DNA of 64,000 bases from NCBI GenBank assembly GCA_002269645.1, contig NIVC01002767.1:78205-142204 (forward strand), in the 5' to 3' direction. Source of the stretch: Macrostomum lignano. Taxonomy: Eukaryota. The position numbers and the translations under genes were made by a program. This document shows positions 1 through 18,300 of this stretch, piece by piece; the first letter of the stretch is position 1, and every line of letters starts with the position of its first letter. Under the pieces are notes generated by a model. It was not told where the DNA came from, did not search any database, and saw only the letters and a list, made by a program, of their open reading frames with translations.

Positions 1-6133
<6,133 letters not shown>

Positions 6134-6416
6134 CCGGAAGCGCAAACAGCATACAAAGTTGAACCATAACCAGTTTGACTGGAATGCTGTGGCATTCCGC
6201 CTTCAACCATTAATAAACCATCAGTTCGAAGTTAAAAGCCCCCCCAGGCAGCTTGATTGGACCCGAGAGGCCCGACCCCCACCCCTCCCTCAAACTCTCA
6301 ACCACTGGCTGGTTGGTTCGGGAAATTTCTCATCATCATCATTTGGGGTGTTCAGATATTTTTGGGATAAAGCCTTGCACCCTTTGCTTTTTATCACGAC
6401 GTAAAATTAAAATTGA

Positions 6417-6525
6417 AAGGTCGGGGGTTCGATTCTCGACCAATTCGGAACAGATTGTGTCCATGAGCAAGACACTTAACTCTGCATTGCTTCAGTTCAC
6501 CCAGCTGTAAAATGGGTGCCAGCAT
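6417..6525 (+). mobile_element. 5'-truncated tRNA-derived CORE-SINE copy
   Basis: B-box GGTTCGATTC followed by TGTGTCCATGAGCAAGACACTTAACTCTGCATTGCTTCAGTTCACCCAGCTGTAAAATGGG, resembling the MIR/CORE domain (TGTGTGACCTTGGGCAAGTCACTTAACCTCTCTG..CTCAGTTTCCTCATCTGTAAAATGGG). Confidence 0.75.
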
Positions 6526-6626
6526 TAGCTGGGGAAATTGAGGATGTGTGTCCTGGGACTGAACTGCCGTACGCAGCCTTCAGATGCGCCGCGCAATAGC
6601 TGCGGCTGAGCTGTCGGTTGCACACC

Positions 6627-6765
6627 TGCCCATTTTACAGCTTGGGTGAACTGAAGCATTGCAGAGTTAAGTGTCTTGCTCAAGCACACAAATCTTTCCA
6701 GTGGGATCGGAAATCGAACCCCCGACCTTCAAGTCGTGAGTCCGACGCTCTGACCACAAGCCACA
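6627..6765 (-). mobile_element. tRNA-derived CORE-SINE copy with intact tRNA head
   Basis: Reverse strand reads TGTGGCTTGTGGTCAGAGCG (A-box-like)...GGTTCGATTTCC (B-box)...TGTGTGCTTGAGCAAGACACTTAACTCTGCAATGCTTCAGTTCACCCAAGCTGTAAAATGGG; inverted relative to the copy at 6417-6525. Confidence 0.8.
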
Positions 6766-7110
6766 AGGCCACTGTATAGTGACTGACGCAAAACCGAGAT
6801 AATTTGGTAAGACTTCGGCCCCGACTTAGGCATTGATTGGGATATGTATATTTAAGAGCCAACCCAAGGGTTCGATACGAGAGAACAACATCCAATTGTA
6901 CGTATACATCAGCTCAATGTGCAACTGGAATAAAGTAGCCCGCGCAGAGACTGGGGGTGGCCGCGTGTAACAGCCACAACACCCACCCAGGCTTGTAGTC
7001 TATGGCAGCCAGCAGAACAGAACAGTCAAGCATTTTAAGCGATGCAAGAGCCAGTCAGAAATCCACTGAAATCAACTTAATCACAATTACATGTACCAAC
7101 ATTAGTTAAC

Positions 7111-7563
7111 ATGGCGCCGAGAAGGACACAGAGGAATACGAAAAAATCCCGTTCTAGTGCTGCCGGCTCTTCGACTAGCAAAACTCTGAAGTCGTCGATG
7201 AGTCGTCAGACAAGAATTGAAGATTTTTTTCGGATAGTACCGCGGCTTCCAGCACCATCCGCGGCAAACATGAATGAGCGACATCAAATGGCTGTCCGCG
7301 ACTCGAATCCTGCCCCGGTTGTCGACGGTTCAGGCGACAATGCCGCATTGACAAGGATGGCCAGAGAGACGCGCCCGCCAACCGATGCGCTGTCCGGTGC
7401 ACATGACGTAGAGCAGTGTCGATCTCGCACTTTCGAGGAGATATTTTCTATCGAGGCTTTCCGACAGGACTGGTACAGCGCTCTCTGCCAAGCGGACGCC
7501 TTCGCACCGCAATGTATTTTGCGCTGTTTAAAAAATCTGACAAACCAGACGAAAGAGTTATGA
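7111..7563 (+). CDS. Orphan 150-aa ORF with basic N-terminus and canonical PIP-box (QTRIEDFF)
   Basis: Non-repetitive ATG-initiated ORF; Q-x-x-I-x-x-F-F motif; AATAAA about 80 nt after the stop. No firm homology; could be TE-derived. Confidence 0.35.
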   Translation: MAPRRTQRNTKKSRSSAAGSSTSKTLKSSMSRQTRIEDFFRIVPRLPAPSAANMNERHQMAVRDSNPAPVVDGSGDNAALTRMARETRPPTDALSGAHDVEQCRSRTFEEIFSIEAFRQDWYSALCQADAFAPQCILRCLKNLTNQTKEL

Positions 7564-7962
7564 AATGGGACCAAAAAGATTGACGGTTCGTCCGCTCAAT
7601 TTTCACTAACAAAAGGGAGGCAGCGGGATTAAATGCTAAAAAATAAACGGATGGAAATCAGCCGAAAAACCGGTCCAGACGCGTATTTGACGTCTCGCCC
7701 GCCCCCCTCCCCGACTCCCATGACTTCCCCCCACCCCGGACTACCCCAACTGTTGATGCAAGTTCTGTCGCTTGCACATGTACGATTACTATAATATAGC
7801 TATCAAATATATCACATATTTGTAACCAACAAATAAGAAATGCCTTCGCTGACGCATCTCAGTATCCTCAGGATCAGCCGATCAGGATCTGGTTTCGGCG
7901 ATAGTAACAGTAGTAATAGTATCATAATACTGTACCGACTGGAGTTGGTTAATTAATTAATG

Positions 7963-8378
7963 ACTGCTTGTGACACTCGTGAGACACACTGCTTGTGACA
8001 CTCGTGAGACATACTGCTTGTGACACTCGTGAGACACACTGCTTGTGACACTCGTGAGACATACTGCTTGTGACACTCGTGAGACGCACTGCTTGTGACA
8101 CTCGTGAGACACACTGCTTGTGACACTCGTGAGACAGACTACTTGTGACACTCGTGAGACAGACTACTTGTGACACTCGTGAGACACACTGGTTGTGACA
8201 CTCGTGAGACAGACTACTTGTGACACTCGTGAGACACACTGCTTGTGACTCTCGTGAGACAGACTACTTGTGACACTCGTGAGACACACTGGTTGTGACA
8301 CTCGTGAAACACTGCCTGTGACACTCATGAGACACACTGCTTCTGACACTCGTGAGACACTGCTTCTGACACTCGTGA
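7963..8378. repeat. 25-bp minisatellite (GCTTGTGACACTCGTGAGACACACT)n
   Basis: Tandem units downstream of the RPL35A stop. Confidence 0.93.
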
Positions 8379-8545
8379 GCTATTTGACGCCAGCCAGCAA
8401 CCAGAGAAAAAAATTGAAAGCAGTTAAGGCTTCTACCAAAAAAGTATTTCATGAATTTTTTTACTCCAAAGCCCAAACCAGCCATTTCGCTTAGTGTATT
8501 TGAAATTCAGTCCAAGGCCAGTGAGGGGCGGTCAGTCGGGCGCAG

Positions 8546-8929
8546 TCAGATGCGGGACGGGTACAGCATCACGCGGACCCGCTTGCCCATAGCCGCAGGC
8601 GGCAGGTTCGTGGTGAACTTGGCCCTCACGGCGCCCGAATTTCCGTGCGGCCGGGTCACCCGGCCCCAGATGACGCGAACCCGCGACTTCTCCTTGCCTT
8701 TGCCGGGCACGGGGGTCTGCCGCTTGCCTTTGTAAACGTAGGCGCAGCGCTTGCCCAGGTAGAAGTCCACGTCCTGGCGCTTCTCCACGCCTTCGATGCG
8801 CAGCAGAGCGGTGTTCTCGTGCTGGTTGCGCAGGCCGCGCTTGTAGCCGGTGAACACCGCTTTGACGTACATGCGGCCTGGGGACCGCAGCTTCAGCGGC
8901 TGCTTGGAGGAGGACTGCTCGGATGACAT
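8546..8929 (-). CDS. RPL35A: 60S ribosomal protein L35a (eL33), single coding exon, 127 aa
   Basis: [31 protein letters not shown]...[12 protein letters not shown]...[41 protein letters not shown] is the eL33 signature; ATG at 8929 follows acceptor cattag|cagccggagac. Confidence 0.97.
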   Translation of the reverse strand: MSSEQSSSKQPLKLRSPGRMYVKAVFTGYKRGLRNQHENTALLRIEGVEKRQDVDFYLGKRCAYVYKGKRQTPVPGKGKEKSRVRVIWGRVTRPHGNSGAVRAKFTTNLPPAAMGKRVRVMLYPSRI

Positions 8930-8994
8930 GTCTCCGGCTGCTAATGTGAGCTGACTGGCAGCGGGTGGCGGTTGGGGAGTTTGCGGATGCGAAA

Positions 8995-9362
8995 TGACCT
9001 CAGCTGACCCCGACCCCATAGTGACCTCAGCTGAACCCGACCCCATAAGTGACCTCAGCTGAACCCGACCCCTTAGTGACCTCAGCTGAACCCGACCCCT
9101 TAGTGACCTCAGCTGAACCCGACCTCTTAGTGACCTCAGCTGAACCCGACCCCTTAGTGACCTCAGCTGAACCCGACCCCTTAGCGACCTCAGCTGAACC
9201 CGACCCCATAGTGACCTCAGCTGAACCCGACCCCTTAGCGACCTCAGCTGAACCCGACCCCATAGTGACCTCAGCTGAACCCGACCCCATAAGTGACCTC
9301 AGCTAAACCCGACCCCTTAGCGACCTCAGCTGAACCCGACCCCATAGTGACCTCAGCTGACC
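8995..9362. repeat. 27-bp minisatellite (GTGACCTCAGCTGAACCCGACCCCTTA)n
   Basis: Tandem units immediately upstream of the RPL35A acceptor. Confidence 0.93.
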
Positions 9363-9986
9363 CCAAATCCCTTGCAACCTAATCTACCCCAAACGTCCTG
9401 TTTTGGTCTCATAAAGCAATAAATTGATACAAGGCAAAAAATCCAACAGTCAAATAGAAGTCCCAATCAGCAGATGGGAACAAGGAAAATCGTCCTGGAT
9501 TTATTGAATACAGTCTCCTGGTTCGTGGGGTCATAAAACGATAGCAGCGCGCAGTATTAAAGAATAATTAAGTAAGACAAAAATGATCAAACTGAAAGAA
9601 TAATACAACTAAATAAAGCATAATAACCCAAAATGCACTTTATAGCCTACTATACGAGAGTAGTATAAGTAGTAAATTTAAACGCAGACAAAAAGCAAAA
9701 ATTTGAAGCACAGAAAATTTTTTGAAATGCATTAAGAAAAAAAAATTTTTTAGCACGCTGTGCATTTGAGCTGGGGGCAAACGACAATCAAGCCAATAAA
9801 TAACGCAGAGCAGAGCGCGAATTACCGGCTAATTATTAATTGAACAGCTTATTGTGGTAACCACAGCGTCATTGCTTTATACAGTAATAAAAAACAGATG
9901 GTAAACAAGCTTATGAATATGATACAGTAGCCACACGGAATACAGGGATTATGGGCTGAGCTAAGGGAATCGGGCTATGGGCGGTG

Positions 9987-10240
9987 GCCCAGCAACTGAC
10001 GATCTGGGAGGCTGGCCCAGCAACTGAGGATCTGGGAGGCTGGCCCAGCAACTGAGGATCTGGGAGGCTGGCCCAGCAACTGAGGATCTGGGAAGCTGGC
10101 CCAGCAACTGAGGATCTGGGAGGCTGGCCCAGCAACTGAAGATCTGGGAGGCTGGCCACAGCAACTGAGGATCTGGGAGGCTAGCGGCGGCCCAGTAACT
10201 GAGGATCTGGGAGGCTGGCGGCGGCCCAGTAACTGAGGAT
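9987..10240. repeat. 28-bp minisatellite family A (CAGCAACTGAGGATCTGGGAGGCTGGCC)n, copy 1
   Basis: Same unit as at 10952-11700, 16950-17122 and 17781-18235. Confidence 0.93.
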
Positions 10241-10342
10241 CAGCGATTTAAGTGGCATCCCGACTATGACTCGAACTCGAACCCGAAAATGGGTAGTTAA
10301 TTTAGCTCTTAGCAACCCAGAGCGCAGACGCGCCGGGCCAGC

Positions 10343-13300
10343 TCAGACGGCGGTGAGCCTAACGATGCGGTCGGGCCGCTGGGCGGAGATCTTCACGAAG
10401 CCCATGAGCTGCAGCTGAGCGCAGGCCCGCATGAATCGAACTTGCAGCATCTGTGACGGCGACGGCGAATTCTCGGCATTGCCAGCGTCACCATCGGCGG
10501 CGCGGCAGGCGGCAAACGACTGCATGAGCTCCACGGTGCGGACCAGCCTGCGGCACTCCTTCACCAGGCGGAAGGCCACGCGCACGTCCGCCATGCCGTT
10601 TGACTCGCTGACCTCCGCCTCATCGCCGCCCAGCAGCTGCTTCTCAAGCCAGCCGGCCGGATCGGCGGCGAAGGCGGCCGTCAGCGCAGGCCGGCAGTTG
10701 GCGTGGAGGCCGGGCAGCGGCGCTTGCAGGTCGGCGCGTAGGCGCCTATTGAGACAATCGGCCAGGCGGGCGCGCAGATTGGCGCCGATTTTGGTCTGCT
10801 CAGCGCGACGGCTGATCTCAGCCTCCAGCTGCTGGCGCTGCGCCTGCCGGGTCAGCTGATGCGGGCAAATAGGTGCGTTTCCATGGCAATAAGTAGGTAC
10901 GTTTCCATGGCAATAAATAGGCACAGTGAGTTGCTGCAAACTAGAAAGACACAGCAACTGAGGATCTGGGAGGCTGGCCCAGCAACTGAGGATCTGGGAG
11001 GCTGGCCCAGCAACTGAGGATCTGGGAGGCTGGCCCAGCAACTGAGGATCTGGGAGGCTGGCCCAGCAACTGAGGATCTGGGAGGCTGGCAAACAGCAAC
11101 TGAGGATCTGGGAGGCTGGCAAACAGCAACTGAGGATCTGGGAGGCTGGCAAACAGCAACTGAGGATCTGGGAGGCTGGCCCAGCAACTGAGCATCTGGG
11201 AGGCTGGCAAACAGCAACTGAGGATCTGGGAGGCTGGCAAACAGCAACTGAGGATCTGGGAGGCTGGCAAACAGCAACTGAGGATCTGGGAGGCTGGCCC
11301 AGCAACTGAGGATCTGGGAGGCTGGTCCAGCAACTGAGGATCTGGGAGGCTGGCAAACAGCAACTGAGGATCTGGGAGGCTGGCAAACAGCAACTGAGGA
11401 TCTGGGAGGCTGGCCCAGCAACTGAGGATCTGGGAGGCTGGTCCAGCAACTGAGGATCTGGGAGGCTGGCAAACAGCAACTGAGGATCTGGGAGGCTGGC
11501 CCAGCAACTGAGCATCTGGGAGGCTGGCAAACAGCAACTGAGGATCTGGGAGGCTGGCAAACAGCAACTGAGGATCTGGGAGGCTGGCAAACAGCAACTG
11601 AGGATCTGGGAGGCTGGCAAACAGCAACTGAGGATCTGGGAGGCTGGCCCAGCAACTGAGGATCTGGGAGGCTGGCCCAGCAACTGAGAATCTGGGAGGG
11701 TAGCGGCCAAGCTTGAGAATGGGAGGCCCGAAGAACACAGAGTACCCCAGCCACACACCTTGTGCTCGGAGCCGTGGTCGCCCTGTCCGGGGCTGGCAAC
11801 TGCAGGTTCGGTCAAAGCTGCGGTCTCGTCCCGCCGTCTGGTTAGTTCATCGGCTAGTTCGTCAAGATAGGCGGACCAGCCGGCAAGCAGCGACTGGGTG
11901 AGCGAGTCGCAGTCCTCATTGAGCAGGTTGAGCAGCTGCCTGGCGGACTCCACCCTGGCCAGCACAGTCTCGGTGCTCTCAGCCAGCAGGGCGGCCAGGC
12001 GGCTCAGGTATTCCTCGCTGTCGCACAGGTGCTGCCGGTTGCTAAGCAACAGAGAATAGATGTCCCGACGTGAGTCCCAGTTGAGCAGTTTGCCAATGAG
12101 CTGCATGACCAGCGGCACCGCGCGCAGCTGGCGAAGGTGCGCCGTGCCGGCCGGGTCCTCGGCGCCGATATGGCCGAGCAGCGCGAGCCTCAGCCGCAGC
12201 ATGAAGGCCGCTATGGAGAACTCTCTCTCGTCGAAGGCTTCAACTAGACAGTCAAAAGTCGGCCGGCTGAGGCGGAAATGCCACTGCCGGCAGTTGATGA
12301 GGACGCGGTCCAGCACCCGGTCGAACAGGATGCCGGCCGGGGCGGACCGGAAGCAGCGGACGGACAGGCGGGCCAAGGCGCGGCTGGACAGCAGAGACTG
12401 CAGGCTGGCCAGAGTCTTGGACAGGCTGCACACACAGGCCACGGGCAGCTGGGCCGCGTAGTGGCTGCTCACCTGGAGGAGATCGATCGGGTGACGTTGC
12501 AAAATTAGCAGCATGCAGTAACCCCCCCCCCCCCTCCGACAAACACGGGGAGGGCGGCTGAGGATCGGACACTGCCATCAGATCCGACACTGCCATCCGA
12601 CACTTTACCAGCATAAAGTACTACTTACTAAGTAGACGAAAACATGTCACTCACAAGAATAAATTTGTTTAGCGCCTTGCCGCTGGTGGTCTCGTCAAAG
12701 TCGCGAATCAGCAGAACGAGCTGCGGCGGCTGTTGCTTTTGCTGCTTCTGCCTTTTGTCCGCGGCAGCCCCGAAGACGCTCTGATAGACTTCAGCAGCCA
12801 GCAGAAACGTGTGCTTTATATTGACAGATACTTTGCCAGCCTGTACCGGGGTGGACCCGATCTCCGGCAGCCACTGGGCCAGCGCTTTGGAGAACAGCTG
12901 AGTAGACGATACCAGGTCGCTGGAGTCAACCTGAGGGAGACAGTTGCAGAGCGTAAGGGTGTTGGTTGGATCTTCGGGTCTCTCGTCAGGGTTAGGTCTC
13001 AATGGGATATTTTTTAAAGATCTTAGAGTAATCTCTAGGCACAGCCAAGTCTGTCCGGAAAGCCCCAGGCATAGTCAAGACTGTCCGGGAAATCCCAGGC
13101 ACAGCCAAGTCTGTCCGGAAAGCCCCAGGCATAGTCAAGACTGTCCGGGAAATCCCCAGGCACAGCCAAGTCTGTCCGGAAAGCCCCAGGCATAGTCAAG
13201 ACTGTCCGGGAAATCCCCAGGCACAGCCAAGTCTGTCCGGAAAGCCCCAGGTATAGTCAAGACTGTCCGGGAAATCCCCAGGCACAGCCAAGTCTGTCCG

Positions 13301-14113
13301 GAAAGCCCCAGGCATAGTCAAGACTGTCCGGGAAATCTCCAGGCACAGTCAAGTCTGTCCGGAAAGCCCCAGGCATAGTCAAGGCTGTCCGGGAAATCCC
13401 CAGGCATAGTCAAGACTGTCCGGGAAATCCCCAGGCATAGTCAAGAGTGTCCGGGAAATTCCAAGGTTTCTGAAGTGTCCGGAAAATCTCAGTGTCTTTT
13501 CAAGGTCACTGATGAGTCCCTAGGCCTTACCAAAGTTTGTCAAGGTAACCGAAGAATCCCTGTGACCTACCTGAGCCAGTCGGAAATTCCCACTCGCCTC
13601 AAGGCTGGCGGTCAGGCCGGACAGCATGGCGTCCCTGTCGGGCGTGTTGACCCCGGAGTGCAGCGCGGCGAACGGCAGCCGGCCAGCCAGGCAGTCGAAG
13701 AAGCCGTCGTCATCGGCGGTTGGCGAGTCCGACCGTCGACGCCACCGGAGCAGCCATTCGGCGTGCTGTCCGGCCAGAAAGTCGGCCAAACTGCTGCAAA
13801 CGCCGACGTTGGACTCGGCGAGGACGCTGGCCGCCTGCTGTTCGTACCAGGGCCAGACGGCGGCGAATCGAGCGTCGGCCGCCGCCTGCTCAGCGGCTGC
13901 GTCACCACCGCCGGCGACGCCGCTGTCAATCTTCATGGCCAGCGGCTGAGGCGACAGGGCGCGACGGCGGCTTTTGCCGGCCGACTGCGGAGGCGGCGGC
14001 TGCTTGGCTGGCGTCCCCGCTGCGGCGCCCGAAGCCCTGGCAAACTTCGGCAGCCGAGCCAGCAGGGCGGGCGGGCCGTCCAGAATGAGCAGTCGGCGAG
14101 GGGCTGGCTTCAT
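10343..14113 (-). CDS. ORC3: Origin recognition complex subunit 3, 4 exons, ~681 aa
   Basis: Exons 14113-13571, 12930-12655, 12472-11759, 10855-10343, all phase 0 and [20 protein letters not shown] matches ORC3 IPTAAL.LGVN..DH; [12 protein letters not shown]...LNKFILVSS; [20 protein letters not shown]; C-terminal winged helix [12 protein letters not shown]...[16 protein letters not shown]....DRIVRLT. Confidence 0.93.
10952..11700. repeat. 28/29-bp minisatellite family A, copy 2 (ORC3 intron 3)
   Basis: CAGCAACTGAGGATCTGGGAGGCTGGC(CC/AAA) units. Confidence 0.95.
13037..13460. repeat. ~30-bp dimeric minisatellite (CAGGCACAGCCAAGTCTGTCCGGAAAGCCC / CAGGCATAGTCAAGACTGTCCGGGAAATCC) in ORC3 intron 1
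   Basis: Alternating related monomers. Confidence 0.9.
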
Positions 14114-14261
14114 TGTGCTACTTGAAGTAGTTTATGTTCACGCGACTATAGTGGGGGAGTTTTGATCAGGAGCTTTTCATGAAACCACGGTAGGAATCGG
14201 GTGAACGATAATCTATGAATAAATTCAAGTTCGGCCTTTTTAAATCGCCTAGTAGAGTTGT

Positions 14262-14645
14262 AGCGCCCCCAACTACAAGGCCAAAGGGGTGGTGGCGCCC
14301 CCATCTACAAGGCCGAGGGGGTGAGGGCGCCCCCATCTACAAGGCAGAGGGGGTGAGGGCGCCCCCATCTACAAGGCAGAGGGGGTGGTGGCGCCCCCAA
14401 CTCCAAGGCCAAGGGGGTGAGGGCCCCCAAATACAAGGCCAAGGGGGTGGCGGCGCCCCCAACTCCAAGGCCAAGGGGGTGAGGGCGCCCCCAACTCCAA
14501 GGCCAAGGGGGTGGCGGCGCCCCCAACTACAAGGCCAAGGGGGTGGCGGCGCCTCCAACTACAAGGCCAAGGGGGTGAGGGCGCCCCCAACTACAAGGCC
14601 GAGGGGGTGGCGGCGCCCCCAACTCCAAGGCCAAGGGGGTGGCAA
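14262..14645. repeat. ~32-bp minisatellite (GGCGCCCCCAACTACAAGGCCAAGGGGGTG..) in the VPS51-ORC3 spacer
   Basis: Tandem units. Confidence 0.9.
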
Positions 14646-15365
14646 CCTCAATCAGTGACTTATTTAAGGTTTTTAAAGATAATGCATTCTCTATATATTT
14701 TAAGAGAAGCTACTGTCAAACAAACCTGGATATCAGAAACGATTGTATTTCTGTTTGGTTTCTAGTAACAATTTTATTATTATACTAATATTAATTGTTC
14801 ATTTAACTACAAAGAGCTAGGTGGACAATGTGATGTGCACGAAAAACGGAAAAGCAAATTTGAACAGTAGTATGCATAGCATATTGTCAGAAAATCTATT
14901 CAAATCACCAGAATTTGAAGTGTCAATAAAGTCAGAGAGAATTATAACGAATTAGACAATTACATGCAACAAATTGAAAACTGGAAGACAATTAACTGGC
15001 TCTATCTGTAACAATGCTTACCAATAAATAACAATGGCATACAAAGCTGAAAAAGCGCCATGAAAATTTTTTTACACTTTTATAACAACTCTAAGACTAA
15101 GCAATATCCTATGAGAAAAGTACATTGATATACTAATTAGGGTCCGCAAGCTAAGACTGAAACTGTATTGCATCGGCTTATAAGGTTTACAGAGTTTATT
15201 TTGACTGAAGTTTACTCGAAAGTACACGAAATCAAATAATAGTACATCATATCAAATTAAGAGTACATAAACTCTTATTAAAGTACACAACCCCATTAAA
15301 GTATACTGGCTTTTTATTTAAAAGTACAAGAACCATAATAAAAGTACATCCACAAACAAAAAGAC

Positions 15366-18300
15366 TCAGTCCCGCTCAACGATGAGCTCAACAACAGACT
15401 GCTCCATGGAGACGGGATCGATGCAGCGGTGCGCGGCGCTGGCCAGAATCTCCTCGAGCAGAAAGTGCACAACACTGTCGTCGGACACGTAGCGCCAGAG
15501 AAACGCGTGCAGATAGTGGCAGTCCACCTGCACCTGCTGCAGGCCGTAGCGGCCGAAGGTCTTCAACCGGACGCATTCTAGCAGGGTTTTCAAAGCTAAC
15601 CGGACAACTCCGGACACAACGGAGGCGCGTCCGAATTCGGCCGGACCGAGAAGGTCGACTTTGTCGCTGAACAGGCGGTGCAGCAGGCTGTTGCCGAGGG
15701 TGGACGGCGTTGCCGACCATTGGCTGCGGCTGGCGGCAGTCAGCGGCCGGCGGGCGAGCCGGCTGGCGCTGCTGTCCGAGGACCGGTCGCCGCCGCCGCG
15801 GCCGCCGCCACCGCTAGGCGCTTCATCGTATAGGCTGGACACCGAAGCGTCGATGCCGGCGAGATCTTCAACGACACGTTTGACAACGGCGCGAACTGAA
15901 CGGGGCTCGATGCCCTGCGGAATTCGACAGTAAATGACAGTATAGAGTACAGTAAATTACAGTATAGAGTACAGTAAATGACAGTATAGAGTACAGTAAA
16001 TTACAGTATAGAGTACAGTAAATGACAGTATAGAGTACAGTAAATGACAGTATAGAGTACAGTAAATGACAGTATAGAGTACAGTAAATGACAGTATAGA
16101 GTACAGTAAATGACAGTATAGAGTACAGTAAATGACAGTATAGAGTACAGTAAATGACAGTATAGAGTACAGTAAATGACAGTATAGAGTACAGTAAATG
16201 ACAGTATAGAGTACAGTAAATGACAGTATAGAGTACAGTAAATGACAGTATAGAGTACAGTAAATGACAGTATAGAGTACAGTAAATGACAGTATGGAGT
16301 ACAGTAAATGACAGTATAGAGTACAGTAAATGACAGTATAGAGTAAAGTAAATTACAGTAGCTTACAGCATGAGATGTGGTAGCTTTTACAATGAATTTA
16401 AATATTCTAGATACAGTATGCAAACATTTATGAATCATTAACTACTATGAGTAGATAATCAGCACTCGACGGCAGGCCCCACCGTACCTGCAGCCAGTCC
16501 CTGGCATCCACCGACTTGCGCAGCATGCCGGCCAGGGTGCCGCCGCTAGCGCAGACGTAGGCCTGCAGCAGCTCGGCAGCCGAGTCGCTGTACACCGCCG
16601 ACAACTCGCTGACGGGCGTCACCAAAGCCTCCGCCTGGGGAGACTCCGGCACCAGGAATTGCTCGTCTGCCAGGGTGCACAGGTAGTGCAGAGAGGAGTT
16701 GCGAAAGTCCAAACAGTAGCGGGACAGAAGCAGCAGCAGGAGAGGCGGTGGCGTTGGCGACAGCTGGGCGAGGCGGGCGCATTGGGTGGCCTGGTGGTTC
16801 AGGAAGCCGGCCAGGAGCTCCTGGCGGACGGCGCGCACGCAGAACCGTTCGCGGAATGCCGGCTTCAGCGAGAAGCTCACGTCCGTTGCTAGGAAGGCCT
16901 GCGAGTGGTTCGGGACGACATTGGGATGATTATGGATTCTTAAATGAAAGATCTGGGAGGTCGGCGCTGGCCCAGTAACTGAGGATCTGGGAGGCTGGCC
17001 CAGCAACTGAGGATCTGGGAGGCTGGCCCAGCAACTGAGGATCTGGGAGGCTGGCTCAGCAACTGAGGATCTGGGAGGCTGGCTCAGCAACTGAGGATCT
17101 GGGAGGCTGGCCCAGCAACTGAGTGAAGTGATACATTTTGGCTCTAGAAAGCTCCCATCCAGATTGAATGTATTTTAACCAATGAATGCGCTCCAAATAG
17201 CAAAAGCTGAGGACACGACCCCAACCTCAACCAATGAAAAGCAGTTATGTACCATCCAATGCGATCAAGACTGAAAAGTACTATAAAAGCTCATGTTAAC
17301 CAAGCAAGAAGCTCGCCTTTTTTCTGCTCGCTCCGCCTCTCCACGCCCTTGCCTCTCCTTCGCCATTCTCCTAGCTTACCTCGTTTGACTATTTTGATTG
17401 ACACAGTTAGGGTCTCAACCCAAACACCAAAACTTATAAGTCGACTTACTAAAGCCAAACCAACACCCAATCCACGTTTCACAATAGACTGAACCTTCGG
17501 TTCACCCGAACAACTAGAAACACCTTGTGACTTAAATCGAACGAGCTTCTTATTTGGAATTCCACCTTAGACATTATATTTTGTGAGAAAACATCTCGAG
17601 ATTGTGACCATCAAATACAACGGTCTGTAAGTTACCATCAAGTGTTTGCATCATCAGGAAAAGTCAGTTGAATCCGCCGCCTCAGTTATTTGGCTCTCAC
17701 ATTGATATTTGAAGTAGAACAAGAGCCATAGAAGTGAGAGACCAGAAGAAGAACAAGAACATATATTTTAAAATATTTCATGAGGATCTGGGAGGCTGGC
17801 TCAGCAACTGAGGATCTGGGAGGCTGGCTCAGCAACTGAGGATCTGGGAGGCTGGCCCAGCAACTGAGGATCTGGGAGGCTGGCCCAGCAACTGAGGATC
17901 TGGGAGGCTGGCTCAGCAACTGAGAATCTGGGAGGCTGGCCCAGCAACTGAGCATCTGGGAGGCTGGCCCAGCAACTGAGGATCTGGGAGGCTGGCCCAG
18001 CAACTGAGGATCTGGGAGGCTGGCCCAGCAACTGAGGATCTGGGAGGCTGGCCCAGCAACTGAGGATCTGGGAGGCTGGCCCAGCAACTGAGCATCTGGG
18101 AGGCTGGCCCAGCAACTGAGGATCTGGGAGGCTGGCCCAGCAACTGAGGATCTGGGAGGCTGGCCCAGCAACTGAGGATCTGGGAGGCTGGCCCAGCAAC
18201 TGAGGATCTGGGAGGCTGGCCCAGCAACTGAGGAACTGCACACAGGACAAAGCAATAAAACAATAAAACAAGAGGTCCCCCTCACCTGCAGCCCAGCAAG

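Noticed and set aside
6690-6765. tRNA gene
   Set aside because: A/B boxes are present but run directly into the CORE-SINE body with no complete cloverleaf; interpreted as a SINE head.
10343-12514. 723-aa single ORF treated as intact ORC3
   Set aside because: It reads through intron 3 (11758-10856) because the minisatellite lacks stops; canonical splice sites flank the repeat.
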